Positions 26,050-35,639 of a DNA stretch of 57,176 nucleotides are shown piece by piece. Each line of letters starts with the position of its first letter. Positions within the stretch are counted from its first letter, which is position 1. Source of the DNA: Thermoplasmata archaeon (lineage in GTDB: Archaea; Thermoplasmatota; Thermoplasmata; Lutacidiplasmatales; UBA184). The notes under the pieces are model-generated. The model saw only the letters and a program-made list of their open reading frames with translations, had not been told where the DNA came from and did not search any database. The position numbers were made by a program, and so were the translations under genes. The stretch lies in contig JAKIWH010000001.1 in the NCBI GenBank assembly GCA_022750125.1, positions 1 through 57,176 on the forward strand. The letters run 5' to 3'.

Positions 26050-26985
26050 ATGGCCGAGAAGGCAGTGGCCGCCGCTCCAGGGTCGAGCGCGCCAACCGGA
26101 CGAGCGCCCCTCGGGGCGTCGGAGGTCGGGATGATCGTGCTCCTCGGCCTCATCTGGGGCTCCGCGTTCGTCGTCATCCGGCTCGGCCTCATCTCCGGCG
26201 CCTCGCCGCTCGCCTTCGGCTTCGGTCGATTCGCGGGCGCCGCGATCGTGATGGGCGCCCTCGCCCTGCTCGCCCGCGAGCGGGCGCCCGACCGGCGGAC
26301 GCTTCTCCTTTCGGCGCTCGTCGGAGGCGCCTTCTTCATCGGGGGCTACGCCGCGCTCCTCTACCTCGGGGAGGCGGTCCTCTCGGGAGGATTCTCCTCG
26401 GTGCTCGTCGGCACGCTCCCGCTTTGGAGCTCGCTCTTCGGCTTCGGCATCCTGCCGACGGAGCGGCTTGGAAGAAGCGGCACCCTCGGCCTCGGGGTCG
26501 GGTTCGTGGGCCTCACGGTCCTCTTCCTCCCGGATCTGCTCGCCGGCGCTTCCGGCTCTCTCCGAGCCGAACTGCTCGTGATCGGGGCGGCGGTCGTCGG
26601 TGCAGGATCCTCGGTCCTACTTCGGCGCTGGCTTTCAGGACCGACCGGTCAGTGGGGTCTCACGACCGAGTTCGCCGCCGCCGCGGTCATGCTGGGCTTG
26701 CTCGCGGTCGCCGTGCCGGGGCAGGCGGCGCTTCCGTTCACCCCGGTCGTGCTCCTCTCCCTCGCCTACCTCGTCGTTCTCCCGTCCATCGTTGGATACA
26801 CGATCTACTTCCGGCTGCTCCACCGGGTGGGACCCGCCCGGGCGAATCTCGTCGCCTACGTGAATCCGCTCGGGGGACTCGGCATTGGGGCGCTCCTTCT
26901 CGCAGAATCGGTCTCGGGCTTCGAGGTGGCGGGCTTTCTTCTCATCGTCTCGGGCCTCTTCCTCGTCCAGCGGGACCGATCGTAG
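26050..26985 (+). CDS. EamA/DMT-family transporter
   Basis: Ten hydrophobic segments in two EamA-like halves (LIWGSAFVVIRLG...; YLVVLPSIVGYTIYFRLL). Confidence 0.85.
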   Translation: MAEKAVAAAPGSSAPTGRAPLGASEVGMIVLLGLIWGSAFVVIRLGLISGASPLAFGFGRFAGAAIVMGALALLARERAPDRRTLLLSALVGGAFFIGGYAALLYLGEAVLSGGFSSVLVGTLPLWSSLFGFGILPTERLGRSGTLGLGVGFVGLTVLFLPDLLAGASGSLRAELLVIGAAVVGAGSSVLLRRWLSGPTGQWGLTTEFAAAAVMLGLLAVAVPGQAALPFTPVVLLSLAYLVVLPSIVGYTIYFRLLHRVGPARANLVAYVNPLGGLGIGALLLAESVSGFEVAGFLLIVSGLFLVQRDRS

Positions 26986-27004
26986 CGCTCGGATCGCGCG
27001 CGAC

Positions 27005-27679
27005 CTACGCTTCGAGACTCGGGAACCGGTAAAGGCTCCATGCGAGCCCGACGAGACCAACGACCGCGAGCCCGACAGGAAAGAGGAGGCTCAGGCTCCG
27101 TTCGAGGAGGAACCAGCTTCCGACCCCGGCCGCCACTACTCCGGCGAGGACCCCCGCGACGAGAGATTGCGCCGCGCTTCGGGTCACCACCGCCCCGGCC
27201 GCGGTGACACCGCCCAGGAAGAGCAGAAGACCCGGCAAGCCCAGGGCAAGGTGAAGCGGGATCAGGATGGGGGCGGTCGCACCGGTCGGGGTGCCGACGA
27301 TGAGCCCCGAGAGCTCCCAGACGAGCGCGGCCCCGACGGCGTAGGATCCGAGGACCCCCACCAGGACGAGCGTGAGCCGTCCTCCGAGCTGCGCGCGACG
27401 ACCCTGCGGGAGAGCGAAGGCGGTCAGGTGCGCGCCGATCGCGAGGTCTTCGCCGACCGCGAGCGCGACGAGGTCGAGCGCGAGGACCCCAGCAAGTCCC
27501 GCCGTGATGAAGAGACCGAGCACCCGCGCCGTGTCGACGGAAGGGACGTGGAGGTAGAGGTCCGCGACCGCGCTTCCGACCGGCGCTGCGACGAGGGGGA
27601 GGATGAGAAGCCAGAGCCGGCGGGATCGGCGGAGGCGTCTGAGCTCCCAGCGCGCGTTCAAGAGGAAGGCGTTGGTCAC
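27005..27679 (-). CDS. ABC-2-type exporter membrane subunit
   Basis: Six hydrophobic helices. Its start overlaps the stop of the upstream ATPase gene (27676..27679). Confidence 0.7.
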   Translation of the reverse strand: MTNAFLLNARWELRRLRRSRRLWLLILPLVAAPVGSAVADLYLHVPSVDTARVLGLFITAGLAGVLALDLVALAVGEDLAIGAHLTAFALPQGRRAQLGGRLTLVLVGVLGSYAVGAALVWELSGLIVGTPTGATAPILIPLHLALGLPGLLLFLGGVTAAGAVVTRSAAQSLVAGVLAGVVAAGVGSWFLLERSLSLLFPVGLAVVGLVGLAWSLYRFPSLEA

Positions 27680-28635
27680 GGTTCCTCTTCCCTCCCCACC
27701 GTTTCGAGGTACCGCCGCGCGAGATTCCCCTCGGCAGGTGTGGCCGCGAGGAGAGGCAGACCGTGCCCAACGAGCTGCGCGAGTAGCGCCTCCTGCTCCT
27801 CGTCGCCCCCCGCGAAGGCAACGGTGACCTCCGGACCCGAGGCTTCCACCACCTCGACCCCGGTGGTGAGGCCCGATCGGAGCTCTTCCGTGGCGAGGGG
27901 ACGTCGGAACCGGAGCCGGAGCGCGCGGAGGGGAACTCCCTTCGCATCCCGGGGCGATCGGTCGACCGGCTCGTCGCCCACGAGCCGACCCCCCCTAAGG
28001 AACAGAATGCGGTCGCACACCTCCGCGACATCCTCCAGGAGGTGGGTGGAGAGGAGGAGCGTCCGTCCCTCGCGACGGAGCCCGCGCAGGAGCGCTCGGA
28101 GGTCCTGGCGCGCCGCTGGGTCGAGGCCGAGCGTTGGTTCGTCGAGGAGGAGAAGCTCCGGGTCGCCGAGCAGCGCGACCGCGAGGAGAACGCGGCGATT
28201 GAGGCCGGTCGAAAGGGCGCCCATCGGCCGGTCGAGGTGTCGCGCAACCCCCGTCTGCACCGCGGCGGCCTCGACCGTGCTCTCCTCCGTCGATCGCGGG
28301 AGCCCCTTCGCCCGGGAGGCGTACTCGAGAAGGTCGCGCCCCGTCAGGTACGGCACGAGACCCGGGGTTCCCACGAGCACCCCGACCTTGTGGAGAGCCG
28401 AGCCGGACGCAGGGTCGGGACCCCGGCCGAGCAAACGTACCGAGCCGGAATCCGGCGCCGTGAGCCCGGCGAGGAGCTTCAACGTCGTGGTCTTGCCGGC
28501 GCCGTTCGGCCCGAGGTAGCCGACCGCCTCCCCCGATCCAATCCGAAAGCTGAGATCGCGGAGGGCGACGTGGTCGCCGTACCGCTTGGAGACCCCTTCG
28601 AGCGCGACCGCCTCGGTGCTCACGCGGTCGGCCAC
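27676..28635 (-). CDS. ABC transporter ATP-binding protein
   Basis: Walker A GPNGAGKTTT, signature LSTGLNRR, Walker B LLLDEPTLGLD. Confidence 0.92.
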   Translation of the reverse strand: MADRVSTEAVALEGVSKRYGDHVALRDLSFRIGSGEAVGYLGPNGAGKTTTLKLLAGLTAPDSGSVRLLGRGPDPASGSALHKVGVLVGTPGLVPYLTGRDLLEYASRAKGLPRSTEESTVEAAAVQTGVARHLDRPMGALSTGLNRRVLLAVALLGDPELLLLDEPTLGLDPAARQDLRALLRGLRREGRTLLLSTHLLEDVAEVCDRILFLRGGRLVGDEPVDRSPRDAKGVPLRALRLRFRRPLATEELRSGLTTGVEVVEASGPEVTVAFAGGDEEQEALLAQLVGHGLPLLAATPAEGNLARRYLETVGREEEP

Positions 28636-28805
28636 GCGCCCGGTCGAATATCATACTCGCGATGCGCAGGCAGGTGCCTGCTCCCAGAGTCCAGCCCCCC
28701 GGAGCCGGGGGGTGAGGCGCTCACCGAAATGCAATTGGCGCCTCCTCCTTTCAGTTCGCGGGGCATTCGTTGGCAGGGAAGGCGCCTCGAACGATTCGAA
28801 GAACG

Positions 28806-29270
28806 ATGCGCGTCCGGAAGCTTATCCGGGCCCCGCTGCCGTTCGTCTACCGGTGGTGCACCGATTTCCGCGAGGACGACGACCGGATCACGAACTCGAT
28901 CTACCACTACCGTGCCGAGATCGTGCGTCTCGGTCCACGGCGGCTCCTGCGCCTCATTACCCTCCCCGGAGAACAGTTCGCCGACGACACCCAGGTCGAG
29001 CTGATCCGGCTCGCGCCTCCCGACCGTTGGCGGCTCGACCTCGTGAGCGCCGAACTCGACGAGACCGGCTCTTACCAGCTCCGCCGGGTCGGACGAACCC
29101 GAACCCTGCTCGAAATGCGATTCGAGAAGAGGTGGAGGCTCCGCAGAGCTCCGGACCAGCGCGCGTACAGGAAGCTTTTCGATCGAGTCTGGGACCTGTA
29201 TGTGCTCTCCATCGAGCCGCAGTACGGCCGAGCGCCGAAGAGTCCCTCCCGCCGCAGCGCGAGCGGCTGA
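28806..29270 (+). CDS. SRPBCC (START/polyketide-cyclase-like) superfamily protein, tentative
   Basis: MRVRKLIRAPLPFVYRWCTDFRED... resembles SRPBCC N-termini. I prefer the ATG at 28806 over the TTG at 28770. Confidence 0.6.
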   Translation: MRVRKLIRAPLPFVYRWCTDFREDDDRITNSIYHYRAEIVRLGPRRLLRLITLPGEQFADDTQVELIRLAPPDRWRLDLVSAELDETGSYQLRRVGRTRTLLEMRFEKRWRLRRAPDQRAYRKLFDRVWDLYVLSIEPQYGRAPKSPSRRSASG

Positions 29271-29324
29271 GAAGGCGGAGCTGCAAAAGCTTCGAACTAC
29301 GCCCCCTTCCGGGGGCACGGGGGA

Positions 29325-29516
29325 TTACCAGCTACGAAGGGCCTGGGCTGCCTGCTTCCTCGCGGCCTTCGTCTGGTGCCCCGGACCGGTCCGCGTGTAG
29401 GCAGTGCAGGCGCACGCCCGACACTTGCCGTCCTCCCCGTGCAGCCGCCGCTGGTGCAAGCAGCCCGGGGTCTCGCATTCGGTCGTCACGTCGTGCGGGG
29501 TGTACGACGTTCGCAT
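29325..29516 (-). CDS. Small Cys-rich (putative zinc-binding) protein, 63 aa
   Basis: ECETPGC...GKCRACAC Cys cluster. Third codon positions are mostly G/C, like the confident genes here. Confidence 0.45.
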   Translation of the reverse strand: MRTSYTPHDVTTECETPGCLHQRRLHGEDGKCRACACTAYTRTGPGHQTKAARKQAAQALRSW

Positions 29517-29598
29517 CTCATATAGAACCGGGTGGGCACGAACGAACGTACTTCTCGTCGCCCACTGACCACAGGGCGCTCGTCCGCGGTCGGCGTAC

Positions 29599-30030
29599 CT
29601 ACGCGAATTCGCCCTTCGGCCGCAGAAACTTTACGACGTACCCGTCCGGGTCGTTGAGCGTGAAGGCCGTTCCGTACGGCCATTCCCTCAGACCGGACTC
29701 GATCTTCGCCTTGGCCTTCTTGGCCCTCGCGTACACCCTTTCCACGGGGCGGAGCTCGATGTTCACGATCACGCCGGCGCCGAGAGGCGTGCTCACCCAC
29801 TTGCGATAGTTCCGGTACTCGCCGCCACTTTCCCCTGGCATGATTCGACCTAGGGCGATTACGGCCTCGCCGAGGCCGACGCCCGCGTAGGCTAGCTTGC
29901 CGTCCTCCCCCTTCCATTGCCAGCGAGCCGTGAATCCGAGGGAGCGGTAGAACGCGAGCGACCGCTCGACATTCTTCACGTTGAACATGACGCTGATCTC
30001 GGCCTTCATCCGCCTACCTGCGCCCTCCAT
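29599..30030 (-). CDS. VOC (glyoxalase/bleomycin-resistance) family protein
   Basis: FNVKNVERSLAFYRSLGF...FTLNDPDGYVVKF. An alternative start lies at 30009. Confidence 0.8.
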   Translation of the reverse strand: MEGAGRRMKAEISVMFNVKNVERSLAFYRSLGFTARWQWKGEDGKLAYAGVGLGEAVIALGRIMPGESGGEYRNYRKWVSTPLGAGVIVNIELRPVERVYARAKKAKAKIESGLREWPYGTAFTLNDPDGYVVKFLRPKGEFA

Positions 30031-30091
30031 TCGAGGAGGGGAGATAGGCTGGCGCTCGAGTCCGTGCCCTCACCGTTCCGTCGGGGAGGGG

Positions 30092-30640
30092 CTACGTGGA
30101 CCGGTGCGCGACGGGTCTCGAGATTGTTCGACGCGTGTCGATCCAGGTCATCTCGGGAGGCTCGACGTCCTTCTGCCAAAGTGCGCCGATGATCTCCCCG
30201 AGGTGGTGCGCCTCCTCCAAGGTGGTTTGGAGGATGGCATCCCGCAAGGTGTAGTTCCCGGGCATCCAGAACGCCTTCACTCTGCGTTCGAGGTCAGGTG
30301 GGCCGAGCGCGCTCAGCGTCTCGTCTACGCCCTTCCAGACCCGGGAGGCGTACGCGTCGAACCCCTTCCATTCCTTCGGATGACGGGAGGAGTCTTCGAA
30401 CAGCGCCTCGAGCTCCCGGTCGCTGTTCCGACCCCGAGCGATGTAGACGAGCCAGACCTCCTGGACGTTCAGGATGTGCACGAGGGTGTCGAACAGCGAT
30501 TCGTGTCCGATCCCCCGCCGGCGGAACGCGCCCTGACGGGGAAGTCTTCGCACACGGCGAGCGAACCGCTCGAACACGGCGCGGTTGTACTCGGCGACCG
30601 AAAGCGCGTCCCCTAGGGGGAACTTGAGTGGGCGGGCCAT
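30092..30640 (-). CDS. DinB-family (four-helix-bundle, metal-binding) protein
   Basis: ATG at 30640 (MARPLKF...). LVHILNVQEVWL ... TTLEEAHHLGEI is the DinB-like His pattern. The 321-aa track ORF fuses it artefactually to the upstream VOC remnant. Confidence 0.8.
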   Translation of the reverse strand: MARPLKFPLGDALSVAEYNRAVFERFARRVRRLPRQGAFRRRGIGHESLFDTLVHILNVQEVWLVYIARGRNSDRELEALFEDSSRHPKEWKGFDAYASRVWKGVDETLSALGPPDLERRVKAFWMPGNYTLRDAILQTTLEEAHHLGEIIGALWQKDVEPPEMTWIDTRRTISRPVAHRST

Positions 30641-30753
30641 GCTCGCTAGATCCGACGGCGGCCTTAGTCTCCGATGCGCTACCGTTCCTGCGCGGGGGGC
30701 ACGGTGAGCCCCCCGGTCTCGACCGGCATCGGGCCCACCGCTGAGTCTCCCTT

Positions 30754-31015
30754 CTACTGCTTTCCCATCTGGTAGAGGCCGATGGTGTTCCCTTCGCTGT
30801 CCTTGAAATAGGCGGTGAACCCCATCGTACCGTCTCCGATCGGGGTCTTCTTCGCCGTGATCTTCCCGCCGTTCTTCTCGATCGTATTCTCCGCGGCAGT
30901 GATGTCGTCGACGATGCATGACGTTCATCTTCCAGCCGAAAACGGCGGAGTAGAACTTGCGCGCGCGTTCGGGTTTGTCCGCTGGGATCTCAAAATGTCC
31001 AACTTCGCCGCTCAT
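30754..31015 (-). pseudogene. VOC-family gene with an internal deletion (about 120 nt) and a frameshift
   Basis: The frame from the ATG at 31015 gives MSGEVGHFEIPADKPERARKFYSAVFGWKMN and then nonsense. A shifted frame from about 30925 gives IVDDITAAENTIEKNGGKITAKKTPIGDGTMGFTAYFKDSEGNTIGLYQMGKQ* (stop 30754..30756). Both halves match the ends of about 125-aa VOC proteins; the middle is missing. Confidence 0.65.
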
Positions 31016-31150
31016 GGCTCTTCGGGCCACTGGACTATTTTGAGCCTTAAAACCCATTGCAGGGGCGATGAAACACTCCCCCTCGGGGGAGTCGCCTAAC
31101 GGGGGTCCCGGAGCCGACCCGCCGACAGGCGAGCCGGCTCCTGGAAGAGG

Positions 31151-32692
31151 TTACTGGCCGGGTCCCGTGCCCGGACTCGTCGGGGGCGGGGGGGTCGGGT
31201 ACCCTGGCGCGGGGGGGTAGCCGCCCGGTCCCGGGGGCATCTGCCCAGGGTAGACGCCAGGGGGCGCTCCGCCCTGCGGCCCCCCGTAGGCGGCCGGCGG
31301 GGCACGGCGGCGGCGCCGCATCACGACGAGCGCCGCGAGGAGCCCAGCGAGCACGACGACGACGGCCACCACGACGAGGACGGTGGGGAACGAGGAGCTG
31401 CTCGAGCCCCCGCCCTGGGAGGTGGTGATCGCCTTGTACTGGCTCTCCGCCACGCTGACGGGCTCTGGGCCCGCCTTGACCGAGAGCGAGTGGGGCGCGG
31501 ACCCGTTCGATCCCGGTAGGGAGAGGGAAGAGGTGCCGGAGGCGCTCGTCCCGATGATGCCCCCGTGCTGCTGGTAGTAGGCGGACTCTCCCGTCGTCAG
31601 TCCGGAGAGACCCGCGTTCGGCTGCGCGCCCGCGGCGGGGCTCACGGAGCCCGAGAGGATGCCCAGGTAGCCGCCGAGGCCCGAGTAGAGGACCGCGGGC
31701 ACCATGACCCAGCCGTCCGAGGCCGCGAAACCGCCCGCGCCGAAGTCGAGCAGGATGATCTGCGCGGTGGTCGACGTCGCGGGGTTCGTGTAGTTGTCCC
31801 AGAGGGTGTAGGAGCCGAGGTCGGTCCCGTTCACCGAGAGGTTCCCGGAGGGGGCGACGTGCCCGCTCAACCACTGGCCGGAGGCGGCCGAGTGGCCGCC
31901 GATGTTCTCGGTGAGGCTGTATCCGCTGTGGTAGCCGCCCGTCGCGGAGTAGGGGGCGAAAGCGGTCCAGGTGTCCCCGGGGGAGGGGTTCAGGGGGACG
32001 AGCCCGAGCGGGCTCGGGAAGTTCACGGTGGAGCTCTCGTTCCCGCCGAAGACGAAGCTCGCGGTCCCGCCGGTCGAGGTCGAGTTGATCGCGATGCCCT
32101 GCACGTTCAGGTTGCCGCTAAAGTTGAACGACTCGCTCGAGGCCGCGTTCATGATCGCAGTCGCGGCCACGTTGCTGCCGGTGAAGCTCCCCGAGGGGGT
32201 GAGGTTCACAGTGCCGGCCGTCAAGTTGGTGAAGCCGACCGCCGTCTCGAGGCCCTGGATGTTGAGGCTCTCCGAGACCTGGTGGCAGCTGCCCGTCCCG
32301 TTGGTGTTGAGGCAACCGGAGACGGAGAAGGCCGCCGAGACATTGAGCGCCGCCTGGCCCTCGACCTGGGTCTGCGTCGAGGAGACGTTCGTCTGAGTGT
32401 AGATGACCACCCAGCCGATGTAGTAGTGGAAGCTCAGCGTGATCGTCTGGCCGCCCGTGAGGTTCGCGCCGAAGCAGCCGTTGTTCATGCAGGAGTAGGC
32501 TGCGGAGGCGTTCCCCCCGAACGCCCACTGCTGGGTGGCGCCGGTGGCGGTGTGCACCGGGGCGATCATGGGCGAAATCGCGACGGGGGAGCCGAACGCG
32601 GCGCCCGAAAGCGCCATCGTGAGGGTCATGCAGAGCGCAAGACCCAGGCTCGTTCCCTTGACTAGGCGGCTTAGCTTCGACAACGTTGTCAC
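31151..32692 (-). CDS. Secreted Ser/Thr/Gly/Asn-rich surface glycoprotein with a C-terminal TM helix and a Pro/Gly-rich cytoplasmic tail
   Basis: GTG at 32692 gives a signal-like N-terminus (TTLSKLSRLVKGTSLGLALCMTLTMALSGAAFG). Dense N-x-S/T sequons. TM helix VLVVVAVVVVLAGLLAALVV followed by RRRRR and PPGxYP repeats. The upstream part of the 619-aa track ORF is not credible. Confidence 0.7.
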   Translation of the reverse strand: MTTLSKLSRLVKGTSLGLALCMTLTMALSGAAFGSPVAISPMIAPVHTATGATQQWAFGGNASAAYSCMNNGCFGANLTGGQTITLSFHYYIGWVVIYTQTNVSSTQTQVEGQAALNVSAAFSVSGCLNTNGTGSCHQVSESLNIQGLETAVGFTNLTAGTVNLTPSGSFTGSNVAATAIMNAASSESFNFSGNLNVQGIAINSTSTGGTASFVFGGNESSTVNFPSPLGLVPLNPSPGDTWTAFAPYSATGGYHSGYSLTENIGGHSAASGQWLSGHVAPSGNLSVNGTDLGSYTLWDNYTNPATSTTAQIILLDFGAGGFAASDGWVMVPAVLYSGLGGYLGILSGSVSPAAGAQPNAGLSGLTTGESAYYQQHGGIIGTSASGTSSLSLPGSNGSAPHSLSVKAGPEPVSVAESQYKAITTSQGGGSSSSSFPTVLVVVAVVVVLAGLLAALVVMRRRRRAPPAAYGGPQGGAPPGVYPGQMPPGPGGYPPAPGYPTPPPPTSPGTGPGQ

Positions 32693-32909
32693 GGCTGTAT
32701 CTCCGAAAATGGCAGACCGGGGAGGGGGGAAATAGCTTCCGGTACGGGGGAGCGACTCCCGGGCGACCCCCAGGGGGGCGAACGGTCCCACGCTCGCCAC
32801 CGCCTCGCGAACTCCACCGTGGGCTCCTCCGCCGCGGTCCGCGGCTGGGGAACCGCGGCCCCACCTGAAATATTGTGCCGTGCTAGGCCTGGAATCGGCC
32901 CGGTCTGAG

Positions 32910-33356
32910 ATGGCGAGTCGGGCACGTTCTGATCGAGCGTCGGCGCAACCTACGCCGAAGGTGGGGAAGCTCGACGAAGTGCACCTACCTGTCCTAAATC
33001 TGGCACGCATGCGAGATTACTACGAAGCAGAGCTTGGGTTCGGGGTGGCGTTCTCACACGAGGACCGGATAGTCGCGTTCGATACGGGCGGCGCGATGCT
33101 TGTGCTCGACGCCACCAAGCCCAGGACGGGCCCCGTGTACCTCGGATTCCAGGTGACGGGGACCGCCGAGCTGATCGCACGCCTTGCGGCCAGAGGGACC
33201 CCTGTGGTGGTGCCGACCTCGAAGCAGCATTGGGGAGAGCTCCTCACCATCGTCGAGGATCCCGAAGGAAACAGGCTTGCGTTCGAAGAGGGGACCGGAT
33301 CGAAGGGGCACCATCATCGGCCCCAACGTGCCCGGGTCCGGGCTGAGGGAAAGTAG
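32910..33356 (+). CDS. VOC (glyoxalase) family protein
   Basis: LPVLNLARMRDYYEAELGF...HWGELLTIVEDPEGNRLAF. The AT-rich TGAAATATTG at 32866..32875 favours the ATG at 32910. GTG at 32961 is also possible. Confidence 0.75.
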   Translation: MASRARSDRASAQPTPKVGKLDEVHLPVLNLARMRDYYEAELGFGVAFSHEDRIVAFDTGGAMLVLDATKPRTGPVYLGFQVTGTAELIARLAARGTPVVVPTSKQHWGELLTIVEDPEGNRLAFEEGTGSKGHHHRPQRARVRAEGK

Positions 33357-33564
33357 AACCTGGCCCGGGCGCATCCTAGCTCCTCCGGCCCGCCTCGGAG
33401 CTCGCCCGGGCCCCACGAGGCCGCCGCTTTCTCGCGACGGCGAATAGGCCGCCGTCGTAGGTACGACCATGTTCGCTGTGCCGCTCGACCGCCGGCACGA
33501 GGGGTCTTGGCCCTGCCCTTTGCCACCCTTCATAGCGAAGCTAACCTACCACGCCCGAGCCCAG

Positions 33565-35073
33565 ATGGGTCGGGACCAAATGGCGCTACGAAAGCTAGGG
33601 GATTCCTCGAGTCCTGCGCGGTACCTGCCGCTGCCGATTCTCGACCCGACTACGGGTGCCACTAGGACTCGCTATTCCCAGCCGACCCCGGCGGAACTCG
33701 AGAGCAAGATCTCGCGTGCCGCCGCTGAGTTCGTTCGCTGGAGCCGGATTCCCGTCGCTAAGCGGACCGACCACCTTCGGGCCGTCGCGAAACTGTTCCG
33801 AGTCGGCGCGCCGCGCTGGGCCGAGCTCATGGCGACAGAGATGGGTAAGCCGGTCCGCGAAGGGGTCGCCGAGTCGGAAAAGTGTGCTTGGGCGTGCGAG
33901 CATTACGCCGAGCACGCGGAGGCATACCTACTGCCTGAGTCTCTCGGGGTCTCGGGCTCGGTCGCGGTCGCGGGCTACGAACCGGTAGGCGTCGTGCTCG
34001 GAGTCATGCCCTGGAACTTCCCGTTCTGGCAGGCGATCCGATTCGCGGTGCCCGCGCTCGCGGCTGGAAACGTAGTGCTTCTCAAACCCGCTTCCAACGT
34101 CGCCGGATGCGGTCTCGCCCTCGAGAAGATCTTCCGGAAGGCGGGTGCCCCCGCGGGAGCGTTTCAGACGTTGCTCCTGGAGAGCTCGCGCGTCGCGGAG
34201 GTGGTGGGAGATCCGCGGGTGCGGATGGTGAGTGTCACGGGAGGCTACCGGGCCGGGACCGAGGTGGCACGCGCCGCGGGAGCGGTCGCCAAGAAGGTGC
34301 TCCTCGAACTCGGAGGAAGCGACCCGTTTCTCGTGTTGGGCGATGCCGATGTCCGGGCCGCAGCCGTCGCGGCCGTGACGGCGCGATTCCAGAACACGGG
34401 GGAGAGTTGCATCGCCGCGAAGCGATTCATCGTGGTCAACTCCTGCCTCGCCGAGTTCCTCGAGGTCTTCGAAGCCAGGGTCCTCCGACTGCGGGTGGGG
34501 GATCCGCACGATTCTCGTACCGATGTCGGACCGCTGGCGAAGAAGGAGCTTCGCGAGGAGCTCGTGCGCCAGATCGAGGGCTCGGTCCGCGCAGGGGCGA
34601 GGATTCGGCTTGGCGGCGCGCCGCGTGAGGGCCCCGGGTTTTTCTTTCCTCCGACCGTCGTCGACCGGGTCCGGCCGGGCATGCCGCTCTTTGACGAGGA
34701 GGTGTTTGGCCCCGTCGCCTCGATCATCTCGGCCCCGAGCGACGCGGGGGCCGTTGCTCTCGCGAACGAGAGCCGGTTTGGGCTGGGGGCGAGCCTCTGG
34801 ACTCGAGACCCTCGGCGGGCCTCGGAGCTCGCCCGCGAGATCCAGGTGGGCATGGTGTTCGTGAACGGGATGGTCCGCTCCGACCCCCGAGTTCCGTTCG
34901 GCGGTGTCAAGGAGTCGGGATTCGGCAGGGAGCTCGGGCGGCACGGCCTTCGAGAACTGACGACCACGAAGCTCGTCTGGATCGAGGGAGGAAGTGCGAG
35001 AGGGGTCGACCACGGGGGGCGCCCCCAGGTCCAGGGTCGCGACCGGTCGCGATCTAGGCGGGACCCTCGTTGA
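33565..35073 (+). CDS. NAD(P)-dependent aldehyde dehydrogenase, succinate-semialdehyde-dehydrogenase-like
   Basis: MPWNFPFWQ, LELGGSDPF (catalytic Glu) and FQNTGESCIAAKRF (catalytic Cys). Start taken at the ATG at 33565. Confidence 0.9.
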   Translation: MGRDQMALRKLGDSSSPARYLPLPILDPTTGATRTRYSQPTPAELESKISRAAAEFVRWSRIPVAKRTDHLRAVAKLFRVGAPRWAELMATEMGKPVREGVAESEKCAWACEHYAEHAEAYLLPESLGVSGSVAVAGYEPVGVVLGVMPWNFPFWQAIRFAVPALAAGNVVLLKPASNVAGCGLALEKIFRKAGAPAGAFQTLLLESSRVAEVVGDPRVRMVSVTGGYRAGTEVARAAGAVAKKVLLELGGSDPFLVLGDADVRAAAVAAVTARFQNTGESCIAAKRFIVVNSCLAEFLEVFEARVLRLRVGDPHDSRTDVGPLAKKELREELVRQIEGSVRAGARIRLGGAPREGPGFFFPPTVVDRVRPGMPLFDEEVFGPVASIISAPSDAGAVALANESRFGLGASLWTRDPRRASELAREIQVGMVFVNGMVRSDPRVPFGGVKESGFGRELGRHGLRELTTTKLVWIEGGSARGVDHGGRPQVQGRDRSRSRRDPR

Positions 35074-35578
35074 GGGTTCGCGTCATCTCCACCATGTGGA
35101 CGCCCTTGCCGTTGTAGTCCCGCGTTGCCCAGACGGTCCCGACTCGAATCCGGACGCCGGAGTACTCCGCCCGGAAGCCCATCTCCTGGTGGAAGCGAAG
35201 CGAACGGGCGTTGTCGGGGTTGACGATGCAGCGGACTGTTCGGCAACCACGCGCGCGGAACCGGCGGAACAGCTCTTCGTAGAGGCGGTGGGCGATGCCG
35301 CGTCGCTGGGCAGTCGGGTCGGTGGCAACGAGGTGGATGTACCCGATTCCACGTTTCGACTGCGCAACAAACCCGAGGACGAAGCCGACGACCTTGCCGC
35401 GCTCGCGCGCGACGAGAGAGGTGGCGGAGAAGTACTTCGTGAAGAGGTGGTAGATCGAGTTCCGCTCGTGGAAAGTGGGCCAGGCCCGGTGGGCCACGCG
35501 GATGCAGTCGAGAAAATCCTCGGGAGCGGCGGAGCGGATGGTGACCCGCGCCGCCGGCGCGGCTCGCGCGCGTCGCAT
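35054..35578 (-). CDS. GNAT-family N-acetyltransferase
   Basis: VGFVLGF...IHLVATDPTAQRRGIAHRLYEELFRRFRARGCRTVRCIVNPDNARSLRFHQEMGF. Confidence 0.85.
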   Translation of the reverse strand: MRRARAAPAARVTIRSAAPEDFLDCIRVAHRAWPTFHERNSIYHLFTKYFSATSLVARERGKVVGFVLGFVAQSKRGIGYIHLVATDPTAQRRGIAHRLYEELFRRFRARGCRTVRCIVNPDNARSLRFHQEMGFRAEYSGVRIRVGTVWATRDYNGKGVHMVEMTRTLNEGPA

Positions 35579-35600
35579 CGTCCCGGAAGAGTTCGCGATT

Positions 35601-35610
35601 GTTTAAGAAG
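35601..35610 (+). promoter_or_regulatory. TATA-like box GTTTAAGAAG
   Basis: About 35 nt upstream of the ATG at 35640, in the divergent gap with the GNAT gene. Identical core to the box at 7245. Confidence 0.4.
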
Positions 35611-35639
35611 CAGGGTCTCCTCCCCTCGGCCACTCGCAC

